DNA of 64,000 nt, from NCBI GenBank assembly GCA_976226885.1, contig OZ320317.1, positions 55,242,001-55,306,000 of the forward strand. The letters are read 5' to 3'. A program made the translations under genes and the position numbers. Below the pieces are notes generated by a model that did not search any database, was not told the origin of the DNA, and saw nothing but the letters and a program-made list of their open reading frames with translations. Positions 61,642-64,000 of the stretch are shown piece by piece (position 1 is the first letter of the stretch; each line of letters opens with the position of its first letter). The DNA comes from Iphione sp. A-MEVVRFRX5 (taxonomy: Eukaryota).

Positions 61642-61929
61642 CTGAAAATATAAGGAGAGTCCTCAGCTTGCAGGACCAATATGTAAACAATACTACCCCG
61701 TTTTGCATTTTCATCAAACAGTTTTCGTTTAAACTTTTTACGATAAATAAACCTACATAATGAGTTGGTGTTAAATTACCTTTACTTTAACATGCATGCA
61801 TGAATACCATGAAAAAAACCGGTGTCTCTTATGGGAAAAATAAAAGTTAAAAACAGATAAAACGGTGGGTGTCTATTAAAAAAAGTCGTGATTATATGTT
61901 TAATTATAGAAGTAGCCGACGGTTCTTAC
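61642..61929 (-). other. Putative 3' UTR intron of the PDF/cerebrin gene
   Basis: Donor ACG|GTAAGA 3 nt after the stop; acceptor CTCCTTATATTTTCAG| at 61642. Confidence 0.5.
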
Positions 61930-61932
61930 CGT

Positions 61933-63580
61933 TTACTTGCGACCGACGTCGAGCAGGTCGGGCATGCCCAGCACGGCGTCCAGGGTACCGGCATTTCTCT
62001 TGTGGGACATTGGCATCTCGCCACGCAGGACGATCCTCATGATCTGGCGGGCCGCGTGGATCAGATCCTGTCAGTAGCGAGAGAAAATGTTGCACTCTAT
62101 CACTGTATGAGCCTTGACTTTAACATGCAAGTGGTTGTGTCTGCTGCTGTAATGGTTTACTTACTGCATCTTGAATACGTATGTCTATTTGTCGATATAT
62201 CCGTGATAATTATATTATAATCGTCATCAATCATTATAACATTGTCACACTTTATTACAATATGAAGCCCTGAAGTTTCCCTGCGTTGTGCATTATGGAT
62301 AAGATATCTCCGTTTTTCAAATTTTCTATTTCGATGATTGCCACCAGTACTACACTTCCTGGTTTGCCATATATTACAGTCATGGCAACTCATCCTCTGG
62401 TGAATACTCCTGTTTCTCTAGGCCTCTAGAACATGTTAAGGAGACAGGAGGTCTCACAACAGATTTTTTAACACATTTTTGGGTGGACAGTAGCAGGTGT
62501 TTGATGAGATGAGTGCTGAAATATATGAGTTTTTCATTCCATTGAATTCATAACACAGGAACAGAAACATCTTTTAATTGAATATGTCGAAGTTAAATCT
62601 GCTTATTGATTCTGATAAATACATCGAATAAGAAATGAAGCTGTCGAGTTAAAATATATCTAGCAAAAGGGAACGGAACATCATTCTGTTTCTGTCAGTC
62701 ATGCCGCGTTGTTTCATAATGTAACTCGCTTTCTTGATAATCCCTTTTTAATTGAAAAAAAAATATTTAAAGCGTTGATAAGTTGATATATTTTATCCCT
62801 CCTCATATTACTTAATTAAAACCATTACTATTGCTGCAGACCTTTAGACACCTTTAAATTATGTCTACCCCTATCCAGCTTCTGAACGACTATATATAGT
62901 TTCTCATTAATTACTAATAATGGAATATTAGTAATTAATCTTTCATGTAATAAATATTAAGATTTGAAATGAATAGGTGCCTACGCTGTGGTCATGTGAC
63001 AGGTGATGTGATTGATGCATGCAACCTTATATGTAATTTTTCATGCTGTCTTGTTTTCTACAAAGAAATATCCCTGCTATGCTGCAAAATATATCGCTTC
63101 CTCTGTAAACAATAACTCCGGTGTTACTTCACACTTTTACATTTTTTTCGAGAAAACTTACTTAATCCCGTTAAGTAATTTAGAAGAATGACGGATTTAC
63201 TCAGAAGCACTGCGCTATGCATTGTCCCTGCTATTAAAATTATCGATTAAGCGATTGGTATTAAAACAACTTACAATCAGTTCATATATATTAACTCCAC
63301 TAGGCTGTAATCACGTTATCATTGAGAAATTGCAATCTATATTTGAATCTAGGTGTAATTTTGCGTACGTATGTGTGTATTCTATTTGATGCTTACACAG
63401 TACCTCTAAATATACAACGCCATTAATCTTGGAGCTTTTACTCCTATGAGCTAGACATGATCCACTTACTTGTCTGTCCTTCTCGCTGATCTGTGTTTTG
63501 AGGGGATGGCTGGCGGCTTGGCTGATGAGCAGGCTCATGGAACAAACCACGACGAAGACTAGAATGTAGGTGGATTTCAT
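61933..63580 (-). CDS. Pdf: Pigment-dispersing factor/cerebrin neuropeptide precursor (81 aa; coding exons 63580-63470 and 62067-61933)
   Basis: Signal peptide MKSTYILVFVVVCSMSLLISQAA; donor CAA|GTAAGT; acceptor CTACTGACAG|; ...SH-KR-NAGTLDAVLGMPDLLDV-G-RK*. The dibasic site and amidation signal frame a 17-mer resembling molluscan cerebrin (NGGTADALYNLPDLEKI-amide) and the PDF family. Confidence 0.88.
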
Positions 63581-64000
63581 CCTGCAAATAGAGAAAATAT
63601 GTTAGCATTCATGTACACTCCATGCGTATGATTGAATCATCGGTCTGACACGAGTTCCTGTCCTCACCAAATTCAACTGGTTTCAAGTTTTCACAGTACA
63701 TGTATACGTTACCTGAAAGAATAACTACTGAGAGCATTAAAAACCTGTATAGAATCAGGGCTTTATGTTCACCCATAGCCTGCTAAAATAGTACAACGGG
63801 GAAGGGTCTAATAGTCTTTCAGTTGCAAATCTATAACATGCAGATATCAATTGTTTGAATGTTTTCCATTCGAGCTAGCGTGGATTCTTATATACTGTCC
63901 TTTTGTGGACATATCTGACATCAGAAACACAAAAAATTGGCCCATATTTTTATAACGTTTTCGACTGGAGGGTGAAGATAGGCGCTTGGCCTTACAGTTC

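Overview
Eukaryotic (animal, probably lophotrochozoan) genomic DNA with GT-AG introns and dense transposable elements. No rRNA, tRNA or CRISPR features were seen. Host genes, all on the minus strand and assembled by hand from splice signals: a complete 12-exon M14A metallocarboxypeptidase (14022-24017, ~426 aa); a PDF/cerebrin neuropeptide precursor (61933-63580; predicted mature peptide NAGTLDAVLGMPDLLDV-amide); and one signal-peptide exon of a gene that runs off the left edge. Mobile elements: a Ngaro-type tyrosine-recombinase retrotransposon with split direct repeats (24954-29219), an intron-containing Crypton (about 32822-35121), three CR1/L2-like LINE copies, several MITEs, a decayed Gypsy integrase, and a young full-length Gypsy LTR element (42703-53763; 875-bp LTRs with 2 mismatches; GTAC target-site duplication). 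The best candidate for an undescribed system is the accessory module inside this Gypsy. Between integrase and the 3' LTR lie a sense-strand two-finger C2H2 ORF and a complete antisense spliced Pol II gene (TATA, Inr, ATG, introns, AATAAA). The two are divergently arranged around an array of CGTGG-NN-CCACG palindromes, and the same palindrome is repeated at 64-bp spacing in both LTRs. All alignments and counts were done by eye, not computed.
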